Made by a program: the position numbers and the translations under genes | Notes under the pieces: generated by a model | Told to the model about the DNA's origin: nothing | Database searches by the model: none | What the model saw: only the letters and a program-made list of their open reading frames with translations | From: an uncultured delta proteobacterium | GTDB taxonomy: Bacteria > Desulfobacterota > Binatia > Binatales > Binataceae | Length of the DNA: 64,000 nucleotides | NCBI GenBank assembly: GCA_963796565.1 | Contig: CAWCMA010000008.1 | Coordinates: 74 to 64,073, forward strand | Reading direction: 5' to 3' | Shown here: positions 20,188 through 30,088 of the stretch, piece by piece | How the letters are laid out: the number at the start of each line of letters is the position of its first letter | Numbering within the stretch: position 1 is the stretch's first letter

Positions 20188-20874
20188 TTGGAAAGCAGCG
20201 CGACAGCGGGGAACTTCTCTGACGCTCTGACCCCGGAGCAATACTACGACGGCATACGCGCCGACGATGCCTCTTCTCGTCCGATTAAGCGGCTGATGCT
20301 GGCGGTGCTAGAAGACGCGATGCGCTGTTATCAGACCTACGCCAGTTCTCGTAATCCCACGCAGCGCCGGTTGTTCGTCGATGCCGAGAGGTGGTTGATG
20401 GATCGCTCGGCCGGCGGCGTATTCGCCTTCGAAACCGTCTGCGAGACCCTCGGAATCGAGCCGAGTTGCCTACGTGCGGGCCTGCGCCGATGGCGCCTGC
20501 AGCAACTGAATGGGATGAATCCGCGCCGCCTGGCGCGTCGATCGCCAGTGACCAGCACGAGCCGGATAAGCGCTCCGCTTAAGCGCCGCCGGCGCAAGCT
20601 TTCCCAGACGACCGGCGACGACGACAGCGGCATCGCGGTCGCAGTCAATGGCGATGGCAACGGCGCTGGTCACTACGGCGGCGATATGCATCACGGCAGC
20701 GATGTATTGGACGCCCCCGTCGGCTACGACCAGGGCGGCGAAATCGAGGGCGTCAACGGGGCCGACGCCGCCGATACTGCCGAGGCGGATGTGTTAGCGC
20801 GGGAGGCGAGCATCTCACCGCGAGAGGCGAGCGTAACGCCGCGAATAGACATCCAGGAAGTCGCGTTGGCCTGA
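20188..20874 (+). CDS. Hypothetical protein (RLMLAVLEDA...FETVCETLGIE core, basic patch, acidic tail)
   Basis: TTG start with GGAGG at 20174; open frame; function unknown. Confidence 0.75.
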   Translation: MESSATAGNFSDALTPEQYYDGIRADDASSRPIKRLMLAVLEDAMRCYQTYASSRNPTQRRLFVDAERWLMDRSAGGVFAFETVCETLGIEPSCLRAGLRRWRLQQLNGMNPRRLARRSPVTSTSRISAPLKRRRRKLSQTTGDDDSGIAVAVNGDGNGAGHYGGDMHHGSDVLDAPVGYDQGGEIEGVNGADAADTAEADVLAREASISPREASVTPRIDIQEVALA

Positions 20875-20940
20875 ACGACCTTGCCAGGGGCGGCGCGGAG
20901 TGGTCCTTCCCTCCCACCACGCGTCGTCCCACCTGATTTT

Positions 20941-21933
20941 TTATCGCGCCTGCCACAGGATGCGGCCGCTCTGGTCGAGGCGGCGCGCCCGCCCTTCGAC
21001 GCGTGAGTACTCCAGATGCGCGAGGGTCTCGAACGTCGCCGCCATCACGTGGAAAATCGGGCGGTCCTCCTCGCCGAAGATCTCCTGCGCCACTTCGAAG
21101 GCGGTACGCGGCGTGCGCTTGATGAGATCGAGCATCTCGGCTTCGCGATAGCGATGATGCTCGATGAGCTGGTTGGCACGATGGCGATGGTCCTGGTAGA
21201 CGGCGCCATGCGCGGGCAGCACGAGTTCGACCTCGAAGTTCTGCACCTTGCGCTGCGAGTCGATGAAGTCACTCAGCGGATTGGTCGGTCCCGAGGGATA
21301 GATGCCGACGTGCGGGGTGATGCGCGGCAACAGATGGTCGCCGACGATCATCACCTTTTCCTTGCGCAGGTAGATAACGCTATGGCCGGGCGCGTGCCCC
21401 GGCGTCCAGATGACCTCGAAGCGCCGCTCGCCCACCGCGACCACATCGCCGTCATGCAGGAACTCGTCGGGCTGCGGCACCGGGTTGTACTGGTCGGTGC
21501 CCATCCACACCGGCCGCATCCCTTCGATCGGATAGCGGTCGATCGGAAAGCCGTGACCGGTGAAAAATGCGAGCACCTCGGGATTAGCCGACGGCGGCGG
21601 CAGGTTCAGCATCCGGTTGACCCGCTCGACTTCGAGGTCGTGCAGGTAGGTGCGGGCGTGGCTTAGCCCCTTGATCGTTGCCGAGGAGCCGAAATGGTCG
21701 ACGTGATGATGGGTGCCGAGCAAAACCGTGAGGTCTTCGAGCCTGGTCCCGGCCTGCGCAAAGGCGTCCTTGAGCGTGGCCACGCTGTCGGCCGTGTTCA
21801 TGCCGGTATCGACCAGCACCCACTGGCCGCCACCGCAGTCGACCAGGTAGACGTTGACGATCGTCGGCCGCATCGGTAGCGGCAGAAAAAGCTCGTAAAT
21901 CCCGCGCTGTACTTCTACGATCTTGGCTGGCAT
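20941..21933 (-). CDS. MBL-fold metallo-hydrolase with C-terminal winged helix
   Basis: THHHVDHFG, TPGHAPGH, GDH, LPAHG. Confidence 0.92.
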   Translation of the reverse strand: MPAKIVEVQRGIYELFLPLPMRPTIVNVYLVDCGGGQWVLVDTGMNTADSVATLKDAFAQAGTRLEDLTVLLGTHHHVDHFGSSATIKGLSHARTYLHDLEVERVNRMLNLPPPSANPEVLAFFTGHGFPIDRYPIEGMRPVWMGTDQYNPVPQPDEFLHDGDVVAVGERRFEVIWTPGHAPGHSVIYLRKEKVMIVGDHLLPRITPHVGIYPSGPTNPLSDFIDSQRKVQNFEVELVLPAHGAVYQDHRHRANQLIEHHRYREAEMLDLIKRTPRTAFEVAQEIFGEEDRPIFHVMAATFETLAHLEYSRVEGRARRLDQSGRILWQAR

Positions 21934-22084
21934 CGCTTCAGGCCTTCAGGCGGCCCCTGTGCGTGGCCGCGCGAAGCGTCGGTCCGCTGCCGCCCGGCCA
22001 GAGCCCGGCGCTGTAATCGATCCTCTTCCGAATCTTACGCGCCGGCAAAATCGCCGATCGCGGAACCGGATGCGCCCGGGCCAG

Positions 22085-22297
22085 TTACTCGTGGAGCTGC
22101 TCCTTGACCTGAAAGGTAAGCTTTACCGTCACCTTCCAGCGTGACACCTTGTTGTGCTCGACCTCGGCCGCGATGTTGGTCACCTGGGCCGTGTGTACGC
22201 CCGAGATCGTCACCGCGGCGCGCGCCACCGCCAGGTCCACCGCGTGCTCGATCGATTCGGTCGAACTGCCGGTCAGCTCGATTGTCTTTTCAACCAT
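22085..22297 (-). CDS. Dodecin family protein
   Basis: KTIELTGSSTESIEHAV...WKVTVKLTF. Confidence 0.85.
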   Translation of the reverse strand: MVEKTIELTGSSTESIEHAVDLAVARAAVTISGVHTAQVTNIAAEVEHNKVSRWKVTVKLTFQVKEQLHE

Positions 22298-22422
22298 GGG
22301 GGTTCCCGTTCCTTTGGCCGCCGCGGCACTGCGATTTGACGCGCGCGCACGCGCGGCGTTAGGGTTGAGCCCTGCGCGCTCATTACGTCACACGGGAAAC
22401 GCAAAGACAAGGCAGAATCCTC

Positions 22423-24558
22423 ATGAGCTACGATCGTTCGGCGGTGCGGGCAGTTATCGAGGCGGCAAGGGCTACCGGGCGGAATGCGCTTTCGCCGGAC
22501 GAATGCAGGGCGCTTTGCGCGGCTTGCGCCATCCCGCTACCCAAAGCGGCGACGGCGTCGTCCGCCGCCGAGGCCGGACGCGCGGCGAGCGCGCTCGGCT
22601 TTCCGGTGGTGATGAAAATTGTCTCCCCCGACATCCTGCACAAGACCGATGCGGGAGGCGTGATACTCAACGTGCGGAGCGCGGCCGAGGCCGAGCAGGC
22701 CTACGAAAAGATCGTCGCCGGCGCGCGCGCCTACAAGCGTGACGCCAAGGTCGCCGGAGTCGAAATCCAGCAGATGCTCTCCGGCGGCCAGGAGGTCATC
22801 GTCGGAGCCACTGCCGATCCGAGTTTCGGCAAGGTTGTCGCCTTCGGGCTGGGCGGCGTGCTGGTCGAAGTGCTCAAGGACATCACGTTTCGCCTGGCGC
22901 CGGCGAGCCGCGACGACGCGCTTTCGATGATCGACGGAATCGCGGCGGCCGAGATTCTCAACGGCGTGCGTGGGGCGGCCGCGGTGGACAAGGGCGCGCT
23001 TGCAGCGATCATCGAAACGGTCTCGGTCCTCGCCGCCGACTTCCCCGAAATCGCGGAGATCGACCTGAACCCGGTGCTGGCGCGGCCCGACGGCGCGGTG
23101 GCGCTGGACGTGCGGGTGCTGCTCGACTTCGTGCCGCCGGCCGAGCGTTACCGGCCCTCGCGCGAGGAAATCCTGCGCGCGATGAACCGCATCATGCGCC
23201 CCGAAGCGATCGCGGTCATCGGCGCTTCGGCCGAAGACGGCAAGATCGGCAACTCGGTGATGAAGAACCTCATCAACGGGGGCTTCGAGGGCAAAATTTA
23301 TCCGATCCATCCCAAGCTCGCCGAAGTGATGGGGCGCAAGGCCTATCGCAGCGTCAAGGATGTGGCGGGCGAGATCGACGTCGCGGTGTTCGCGATCCCG
23401 GCGCCACTGGTGGCCGGTGCGCTCAAGGAATGCGGCGAGAAAAAAATTCCCGGCGCGGTGCTGATTCCGTCGGGCTTCGCCGAGACCGGCAATGTCGAGC
23501 TGCAGAACGAGATTGTCAAAATCGGACGGCAATACAACGTGCGCCTGATGGGGCCGAACATCTACGGCTTCTACTACCTGCCGCGCAAGCTGTGCGCGAC
23601 CTTCTGCACGCCCTACGACGTGCTGGGCAAGGCGGCGCTATCGTCGCAAAGCGGCGGCGTCGGGATGGCGATCGTGGGATTCAGCCGCTCGACCCGGATG
23701 GGCGTCTCGGCGATCGTCGGCCTGGGCAACAAGTCCGACCTCGACGAGGACGACCTGCTGACTTTTTTCGAGCAGGACGACGACACCCAGGTGATCGCGA
23801 TGCACGTCGAGGACCTCAAGGACGGGCGCTCGTTCGCCGAGGTCGCCAAGCGCGTCTCGCGCAAAAAACCGGTGATCGTGCTCAAGGCCGGGCGCACCGC
23901 GCTCGGCGCGCGCGCCGCGCGCTCGCATACCGCGGCGCTGGCCGGCAACGACCGCATCTACGAGGACGTGCTGCGCCAGTCGGGCGTGGTGCGCGCCCGC
24001 GCGCTCAACGACATGCTCGAGTTCGCGCGTTGCCTGCCGATCATGGCGGCGCCCAAGGGCGAGAACGTGCTCATCATCACCGGGGCCGGCGGCTCGGGCG
24101 TGCTGCTCTCGGACGCCTGCGTCGATAACGGGCTTAAGCTGATGGAGATGCCGCCCGACCTCGATGCGGCCTTTCGCAAGTTCATCCCGCCCTTCGGCGC
24201 GGCCGGCAATCCGGTGGACATCACCGGCGGCGAGCCGCCCACTACTTATCGCAACACGATTCGCTTGGGGCTGGAGGAGCCGCGCATCCACGCGCTCATC
24301 CTGGGCTACTGGCACACCATCATCACGCCGCCGTTGGTGTTCGCGAAACTGGTGACCGAGGTGGTCGAGGAGATGCGCGCCAAGGGAATCGACAAACCGA
24401 TCGTGGCCTCGCTGGTCGGCGACGTCGAGGTCGAAGACGCCTGTCGCGTGCTGTTCGAGCACAATATCCCGGCCTATCCGTACACGACCGAGAAGCCGGT
24501 GATCGTGCTGGGGGCGAAGTATCAGTGGGCGCGCGCCGCGGGTCTGGTGCGGAGCTGA
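22423..24558 (+). CDS. ADP-forming acyl-CoA synthetase (acetate-CoA ligase family), ATP-grasp domain N-terminal
   Basis: KIVSPDILHKTDAGGV, EIDLNP, AVIGAS, GPN, SQSG, RSHTAAL (phospho-His), NPVD. Confidence 0.92.
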   Translation: MSYDRSAVRAVIEAARATGRNALSPDECRALCAACAIPLPKAATASSAAEAGRAASALGFPVVMKIVSPDILHKTDAGGVILNVRSAAEAEQAYEKIVAGARAYKRDAKVAGVEIQQMLSGGQEVIVGATADPSFGKVVAFGLGGVLVEVLKDITFRLAPASRDDALSMIDGIAAAEILNGVRGAAAVDKGALAAIIETVSVLAADFPEIAEIDLNPVLARPDGAVALDVRVLLDFVPPAERYRPSREEILRAMNRIMRPEAIAVIGASAEDGKIGNSVMKNLINGGFEGKIYPIHPKLAEVMGRKAYRSVKDVAGEIDVAVFAIPAPLVAGALKECGEKKIPGAVLIPSGFAETGNVELQNEIVKIGRQYNVRLMGPNIYGFYYLPRKLCATFCTPYDVLGKAALSSQSGGVGMAIVGFSRSTRMGVSAIVGLGNKSDLDEDDLLTFFEQDDDTQVIAMHVEDLKDGRSFAEVAKRVSRKKPVIVLKAGRTALGARAARSHTAALAGNDRIYEDVLRQSGVVRARALNDMLEFARCLPIMAAPKGENVLIITGAGGSGVLLSDACVDNGLKLMEMPPDLDAAFRKFIPPFGAAGNPVDITGGEPPTTYRNTIRLGLEEPRIHALILGYWHTIITPPLVFAKLVTEVVEEMRAKGIDKPIVASLVGDVEVEDACRVLFEHNIPAYPYTTEKPVIVLGAKYQWARAAGLVRS

Positions 24559-24583
24559 TCGCGGAGAGGCCGCTGGCGACCGT

Positions 24584-24985
24584 CTACTTTTCTTTCTTCT
24601 CGAATTTCAGCGAGGCCGAGTTCATGCAGTAGCGCAGGCCCGTCGGGTTCGGGCCGTCGTCGAAGACGTGCCCCAGATGCGAGCCGCAGCGGCTGCACGT
24701 TACCTCCGTCCGCACCATCCCGTAGCTCTTGTCCACCGCGTTCTCGACTTTGCTCTCGTCCTTGGGGGCGTAAAAGCTCGGCCATCCACAGCCAGAGTCG
24801 AACTTGGTCTCGGAGTTGAACAGCTCGTTGCCGCAGCAGACACAGAGATAAACGCCCTGGTCGTGGAAGTCCCAGTATTGGCCGGTAAATGCGCGCTCGG
24901 TGCCTTTTTTGCGCGTGACCTCGTATTGCTCGGGAGTCAGGAGCTTTTTCCACTCCTCGTCGGTCTTGACGATTTTCTCGGCCAT
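24584..24985 (-). CDS. msrB: Peptide-methionine (R)-S-oxide reductase
   Basis: [27 protein letters not shown]...RYCMNS. Confidence 0.97.
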   Translation of the reverse strand: MAEKIVKTDEEWKKLLTPEQYEVTRKKGTERAFTGQYWDFHDQGVYLCVCCGNELFNSETKFDSGCGWPSFYAPKDESKVENAVDKSYGMVRTEVTCSRCGSHLGHVFDDGPNPTGLRYCMNSASLKFEKKEK

Positions 24986-25150
24986 GATTTTTTCCTCCGC
25001 AACGGTCAGTCACGCGGGTCAATTTCAGCACATCGCTGCGCCGCGCGTAAGAGTTAAGTAAAAAGTGAAAAGTGAAAAAAAGGACCGCCGCGGTTTCTCT
25101 CGACGACCGTTTGAAACCGTTGGCGAGCTCCCGAAAGCCCGGTCAAAAAA

Positions 25151-25594
25151 TCAGTGCAGCACGGGCTGCGCGGGAGGTGAGGTCAGCGGCGCAAGCGCCG
25201 GAGGCACTACGACCGGTCCGACCGGTGTACGTTGGATATAAGTCTGCGGTGCGGAGCTTTCGCTCGCCGAGGCCGTATTCGCAGGCGCCAGAGGCTCGAT
25301 CGGCTCGGCGGTCGGGCCGGGGTTATACATCTCGCTGTTTTCGGTGTCTCCGCTCATCATCGGCGCCAGCGCGGTTTGGGTCGCGAGGTAGTGCAGCGGG
25401 CGCGTCACGCCCCACTCCAACGCGTAACCGATTGGCGCAATGAAGTAGCTAACCACCTTGAGCAGTTGGCCGTCCTCGGCGTTGGTATACTCGGTCGGAT
25501 TCTGCTTGTCGTTGTACGGGCCCTGCTGCGCGAACGCCATCGCCGGCATCGCCATCGCCAAGGCTACAACCATGCAAAGCATCAAGCGCCGCAT
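25151..25594 (-). CDS. Secreted hypothetical protein with Pro-rich tail
   Basis: Signal peptide ending AMAFA; TTGACA at 25630-25625 upstream. Confidence 0.7.
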   Translation of the reverse strand: MRRLMLCMVVALAMAMPAMAFAQQGPYNDKQNPTEYTNAEDGQLLKVVSYFIAPIGYALEWGVTRPLHYLATQTALAPMMSGDTENSEMYNPGPTAEPIEPLAPANTASASESSAPQTYIQRTPVGPVVVPPALAPLTSPPAQPVLH

Positions 25595-25691
25595 GCCAAT
25601 AGTTTGTGCCCGACGGGCGGTTTATGTCAATGGTCGCAAAGCCCCGCCGCCCGTGAAGAATTTCGCCTAGCACCCGCGATACAAGGCCTAA

Positions 25692-26534
25692 ATGCGCAAC
25701 TACTCGGCCACGCCGGCGACCCGCGCGCTCACCCCTACCGGTGGTTTCCTGGGCGAGTTCAGCCACTCGCTCAACCCGTATGTCGGATGCGCCTTCGGCG
25801 ATGGCGGCGGATGCCCGTTCTGCTACGTGCGGGCGCTGCCGGTGGCGCGAGCCCAGGCGGGGCCGTGGGGCAGCTGGGTAGTCGCCAAATCCAACCTGCT
25901 CGAGTTGCTCGCGCGCGAGCTTCGCGCGATGGAGCAATCGGGCAGGCTCGAGCATGCGGCCGTCTTCATGTCGAGCGCGACCGATCCGTACCAGGGGATG
26001 GAGCGGCGGATGCGGCTGACGCGCGGGGCGCTGGAGCTGTTCGTGCGCCGGCCGCCGCGCCGCCTGCTGTTGCAGACGCGGAGCCCCATGATCGAGCGCG
26101 ACCTCGACCTGCTGGTGCGCCTGGGGCCGCGGCTTATCGCCTCGATAACCGTCGAGACCGACGACGAGCAGGTGCGCCGCGCCCTCACGCCGACCTCGCC
26201 GTCGATTACACGGCGGCTGGCGACGGCCCGCCAGCTACGCGCGGCGGGCGTGTTCGTCCAGCTCGCGATAGCGCCGATGATGCCGAATCATCACGAGCGC
26301 CTGGCCGAATTGGCCGACGGCGCGGCCGACCGCGTCGTGGTCGACACTTACTTCGACGGCGACGGCTCGAATGGCCGGCGCTCTCGCGCGCTCAAGATGG
26401 ACGAGCTGTACGCGCGGCTCGGCTACGAGGGATGGTTTCGGCCCGGTGCGGAGCGCGAGTTGATGGCGGCGATGCGCGCGCGGCTGGGTGAGGGGCGGGT
26501 GCTCTTCAGCCGCGCTGGCTTCAACGCGGTGTAG
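25692..26534 (+). CDS. Radical SAM protein, SplB/Rv2578c-like
   Basis: LNPYVGC...CPFCY, SSATDPYQ, QTRS; atypical CX7CX2C spacing. Confidence 0.85.
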   Translation: MRNYSATPATRALTPTGGFLGEFSHSLNPYVGCAFGDGGGCPFCYVRALPVARAQAGPWGSWVVAKSNLLELLARELRAMEQSGRLEHAAVFMSSATDPYQGMERRMRLTRGALELFVRRPPRRLLLQTRSPMIERDLDLLVRLGPRLIASITVETDDEQVRRALTPTSPSITRRLATARQLRAAGVFVQLAIAPMMPNHHERLAELADGAADRVVVDTYFDGDGSNGRRSRALKMDELYARLGYEGWFRPGAERELMAAMRARLGEGRVLFSRAGFNAV

Positions 26535-26638
26535 GACGCTTAGCCGCTGACATTACCGGCCGCGCATCCACTTGTGGCATAAGGGCGGAAGCAGCAGGAC
26601 AAACTCAACGCTTCATCTCGAGCAAGGAGACTCTGTCA

Positions 26639-27676
26639 ATGGACTTTGGAATTCTTTTGCCCTTTCGCAATCCCCCCCAATGGCAGCGGCCGATAACCGA
26701 GGTCTACGACGAGCATCTTCAGGAAGCCGTTCTCGCCGAAGAACTCGGCTACGATCATGTCTGGACCACCGAGCATCATTTTTACGACGACGCCTGGTCG
26801 CCATCGCTGTTGCCGATTCTTTCCGCCATCGCTCAGCGCACCAGCCGCATCCGTTTGGGCACCTTCATCATCATCCTGCCGCTGCACGATCCGGTGCGCG
26901 TCGCCGAGGACGCGGCGACGGTCGACATCCTCTCGAAAGGCCGGCTGGATCTGGGCGTAGGGCAGGGCTACGTAGTCAGCGAGTTCGAAAGTTTCGGCAT
27001 CCCGCGCAAGCAACGCGGTGGACGCGTCGAAGAGGGAGTCGAACTCATCAGGCGATGCTTCACCGAAGAAAACTTTTCCTTCGACGGCAAGTACTACAAG
27101 ATGAAGAACGTAAATCTGATGCCCAAGCCGGTGCAGAAACCCTATCCGCCGATCTGGATCGCCGCGATGGCGGAAAAGTCGGTGGCGCGCGTGGCACGGA
27201 TGGGATATCACCTTGCCGGCAGCGGCGGCGTCGATCTCCAGCAGATGTACGATTCGGGGCTGCGCCACGCCGGTCATGACGTCGCCAGTCACTACATCGC
27301 TCAACTGCGGGCGGTCTACGTGGCCGAGACCCGAGCGCAGGCGTGGGACGACGCCGAGCAGCATCTGTACTACATGATGACCGCGTACGATCGCCGCTTT
27401 AAGGAAGCCAACGATCTGCCCTGGAGCGAAGCGGTTTTCTCGCGGTCAGACGTTCCGCCTCCGGGCGAGATGCGCAACACGCCCGGCCTCAGTTTCTTTC
27501 AAGCCCCGCTGGCAGTGGGATCTCCCGATGATGTGGTTCGGGATTTGGAGCAATACCGTGACGCGGGCCGGGTGACGCATCTGGTGATGTGGATGCAGTT
27601 GCCAGGCATGCCGGCGCACAAGGCGCGCCGCTCGATGGAGCTGTTCGCGAAAGAAGTAATGCCACGCCTGCGCTGA
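26639..27676 (+). CDS. LLM-class flavin-dependent oxidoreductase
   Basis: AEELGYDHVWTTEHH, RIRLGT, HDPVRVAED, GRLDLGVG, PKPVQKP. Confidence 0.93.
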   Translation: MDFGILLPFRNPPQWQRPITEVYDEHLQEAVLAEELGYDHVWTTEHHFYDDAWSPSLLPILSAIAQRTSRIRLGTFIIILPLHDPVRVAEDAATVDILSKGRLDLGVGQGYVVSEFESFGIPRKQRGGRVEEGVELIRRCFTEENFSFDGKYYKMKNVNLMPKPVQKPYPPIWIAAMAEKSVARVARMGYHLAGSGGVDLQQMYDSGLRHAGHDVASHYIAQLRAVYVAETRAQAWDDAEQHLYYMMTAYDRRFKEANDLPWSEAVFSRSDVPPPGEMRNTPGLSFFQAPLAVGSPDDVVRDLEQYRDAGRVTHLVMWMQLPGMPAHKARRSMELFAKEVMPRLR

Positions 27677-27754
27677 CGTGGGCGAATATCCCTTCCATCT
27701 GCCCGTGCGCCGCCATTAAGGCATAGCTAGAAGCAAAGCTGACTACGCAGTACG

Positions 27755-27795
27755 AAGCCCGGCTGTCTCAGCGACAGCCGGGCTTTGCTATTTTT
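27755..27795 (+). terminator. Intrinsic terminator
   Basis: AAGCCCGGCTGTC-TCAGC-GACAGCCGGGCTT perfect stem followed by a T-rich tract. Confidence 0.75.
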
Positions 27796-28136
27796 AACCG
27801 CGGATCGTGCACCTGTCGTATGCATACGGTGTGCGGGGTGCTGCATGCTCGTTATCTTCGGCGCAAACGGCCTCAACTTGCTATAGGGCTGCGTTGCGGG
27901 GAGACGCATTTCTTTCCGAACTTTCGACGATCAAATTCAGGCGTAGTAAGTCGTAGAATTACCAATGTCCCACGCGCCCTGTTTGATTCCGCATTGCTGG
28001 TTTCCGGTTCGACGCGTTTAGTTCTCCGAGTAACCAAGTCGCGTCGCGGAACGATGGTTCCGAAACTCTTACGCGGTTAGTATGGAGTGATTCGAGTTTG
28101 AAGGATACTCATTCAACATTGAAAAGAGGTATACAG

Positions 28137-28724
28137 ATGAGGAAACGAACTGGCTATCTGGCGCGTTGGGCTCTGACGGCAGTCCCGGCCCTCGGGCTGC
28201 TGTTGCTGGCTGGCAGCGGAATGGCTTTTGCCGGGTTAAACCAACACACTTTCCACGGCCGCTATACTGCCTCGTATCACGCCTTTGACGCCTCGATTAC
28301 GTCTGATCCCGCGGAGCCAAACCCACCGGCGATTCCGTACGCGGTGTCAGGTGCGATGTACAGCGATGGCAGGGGGAATGTTTCGGGGTTCCTCAACGAA
28401 GATTACGGTTCTCCCGGCACCGGCGCTGCGTCCACCTGCTCGATCAGCGGGAGCTACACGGTGGGCGCGCCGCCCCTCGGTCCAGCGATGGGATTCGTCA
28501 CGATCAACTTGACCAGCAGCTGCCAGGCGGTGGTCTGCACTGGTACGACCGTGCCGAGTTGCGGTCCTTCCGGTGTAGCCAGCCCGGGATCGCCGGTCCA
28601 GTTGTACTGCGCGTTGTCGGGCCCGTCGGGCAAGGCACTGGACTGCACAGAGATGGGTGAGGCGGCGAGCGGCACCACCTTCCAGACGCCAATCTCGGCG
28701 CCGCACTGGGAGCGGGAGAACTAA
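28137..28724 (+). CDS. Secreted beta-rich hypothetical protein with six Cys
   Basis: GAGGT RBS; signal peptide ...GMAFA; no family recognised. Confidence 0.7.
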   Translation: MRKRTGYLARWALTAVPALGLLLLAGSGMAFAGLNQHTFHGRYTASYHAFDASITSDPAEPNPPAIPYAVSGAMYSDGRGNVSGFLNEDYGSPGTGAASTCSISGSYTVGAPPLGPAMGFVTINLTSSCQAVVCTGTTVPSCGPSGVASPGSPVQLYCALSGPSGKALDCTEMGEAASGTTFQTPISAPHWEREN

Positions 28725-28821
28725 CGGATTCGTTGTGCAACGCGGCGCGGCCGATCATTTGATCGGACGCGCCGCGCCGTGGCCGCATTCACGACCACAA
28801 TTCGACTCGGCCCCGCGTCGG

Positions 28822-29070
28822 TCAGTAATGCCGCGACGGACTCCTGACCAGGTGTACGATGCCGACCACAACGATCGCACCCACCAGCGCCATCGCCAGG
28901 AAGCCCAGTCTGCCGTACACGACGACTCCCAGTGCGTTGAAGATCCAGCTTCCGATGAGCGCTCCGACCAGGCCGAGCAGGATGTCGGCGAACATCCCGT
29001 AGCCCTCGCCGCGCATCAGCTTGCCGGTCAGCCATCCCGCGATCAGTCCGATAATGATTGCTCCGATCAT
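28822..29070 (-). CDS. GlsB/YeaQ/YmgE (transglycosylase-associated) membrane protein
   Basis: IIIGLIAGWL...DILLGLVGALIG...ALVGAIV. Confidence 0.9.
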   Translation of the reverse strand: MIGAIIIGLIAGWLTGKLMRGEGYGMFADILLGLVGALIGSWIFNALGVVVYGRLGFLAMALVGAIVVVGIVHLVRSPSRHY

Positions 29071-29173
29071 GCGATTTATTTCCCCCCGCGCCACGACGAA
29101 AGATTTGACGAAAGATTGCGGATGACGAAAACTTTCTGGCCCCTCTCAAAGCTGTGGGCGCCAGCAATCGCGC

Positions 29174-29815
29174 TTACGCGGTCATGTACTGGTCGACCGA
29201 AAACATCAGGCGGCCCCGCATGATCGGCACGCACGCTGGTGGAAAGTCCTGCACGATTTCGCCGCCGTCTTCGCGCAGGCGCTCGATGAAGCGTCCCAGG
29301 TTGAGCATCGCTCCGGTCGGCAGGTCGTGCAGCACGACTACGCTCCAGGGCACAGCGCGGCACTGCGCGAGCGCCCGCTCGACCCATCCGTCGGGGTCCT
29401 CCCAGTCGCGCGGCACGCAATTCCATAGCACGCAAGTGAAACCGCCAGCGCACAGGTAGTCGACTACCTTGCGATTGAGCAATCCCGAATCGAGCGCTCC
29501 GCCGCCGCCGAAAGGGCGAAAGAGGCGGTCGGGATGGGCGAGCGCGCCGAGCATCCGCTGCGCGCTGCCAATTTCGTCCTCGGCGCCGTCGCGGTCGTCG
29601 CGCCGGCCAAACGGCCTGCTATGGGTCAGGCTGTGATTGCCGATCCAGTGGCCCTCGGCGTGGGCGCGCTCGGCGCGGGCGCGGCGCTCGGGGTCGGCGA
29701 GCTTCTGTACGATTACGAAGAAGGTCGAGCGCACGCGCTGGGCATCGAGCACGTCGAGGACGTGGTCGGTCACCTCGGGCTCGGGCCCGTTGTCGAAGCT
29801 GAGCGTGATTCTCAC
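29174..29815 (-). CDS. Polysaccharide deacetylase (NodB homology)
   Basis: LSFDNGP, TFFV, GNHSLTH, FRPFG, DW, VLHD. Confidence 0.88.
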   Translation of the reverse strand: MRITLSFDNGPEPEVTDHVLDVLDAQRVRSTFFVIVQKLADPERRARAERAHAEGHWIGNHSLTHSRPFGRRDDRDGAEDEIGSAQRMLGALAHPDRLFRPFGGGGALDSGLLNRKVVDYLCAGGFTCVLWNCVPRDWEDPDGWVERALAQCRAVPWSVVVLHDLPTGAMLNLGRFIERLREDGGEIVQDFPPACVPIMRGRLMFSVDQYMTA

Positions 29816-29927
29816 TTTGCCTTCACTTCAGTTCGACCATCTTTGCGCCGGCACCCACGGGCTCGATGCCCCGTGCGACCCGGCCTCGCTCGACTCGCGT
29901 TCGCCGGTCCGGCGACGCCGCCCCGTC

Positions 29928-30047
29928 TTACTTTTTCTGTTCCATCGGGGCGCCACAGCACTTGATCGCGCCGGCGCCGCCCTTGGTGACGATTACCTGG
30001 GAACCGCACTTGCCGCAGATGTAAACTTTTCCGAGCTGATTAGCCAT
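29928..30047 (-). CDS. Desulforedoxin-like miniprotein A (39 aa), below the ORF-track length range
   Basis: Hand translation MANQLGKVYICGKCGSQVIVTKGGAGAIKCCGAPMEQKK*; CX2CX15CC; GGAG upstream; paralog at 34905. Confidence 0.85.
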   Translation of the reverse strand: MANQLGKVYICGKCGSQVIVTKGGAGAIKCCGAPMEQKK

Positions 30048-30088
30048 CGTTTTTGCTTGCTCCGTTGGATGTGATGCGCCGCGCGATT

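Noticed and set aside
27796-28130. Possible riboswitch in the long leader
   Set aside because: No recognisable c-di-GMP, SAM, cobalamin or TPP consensus by eye; would need Infernal
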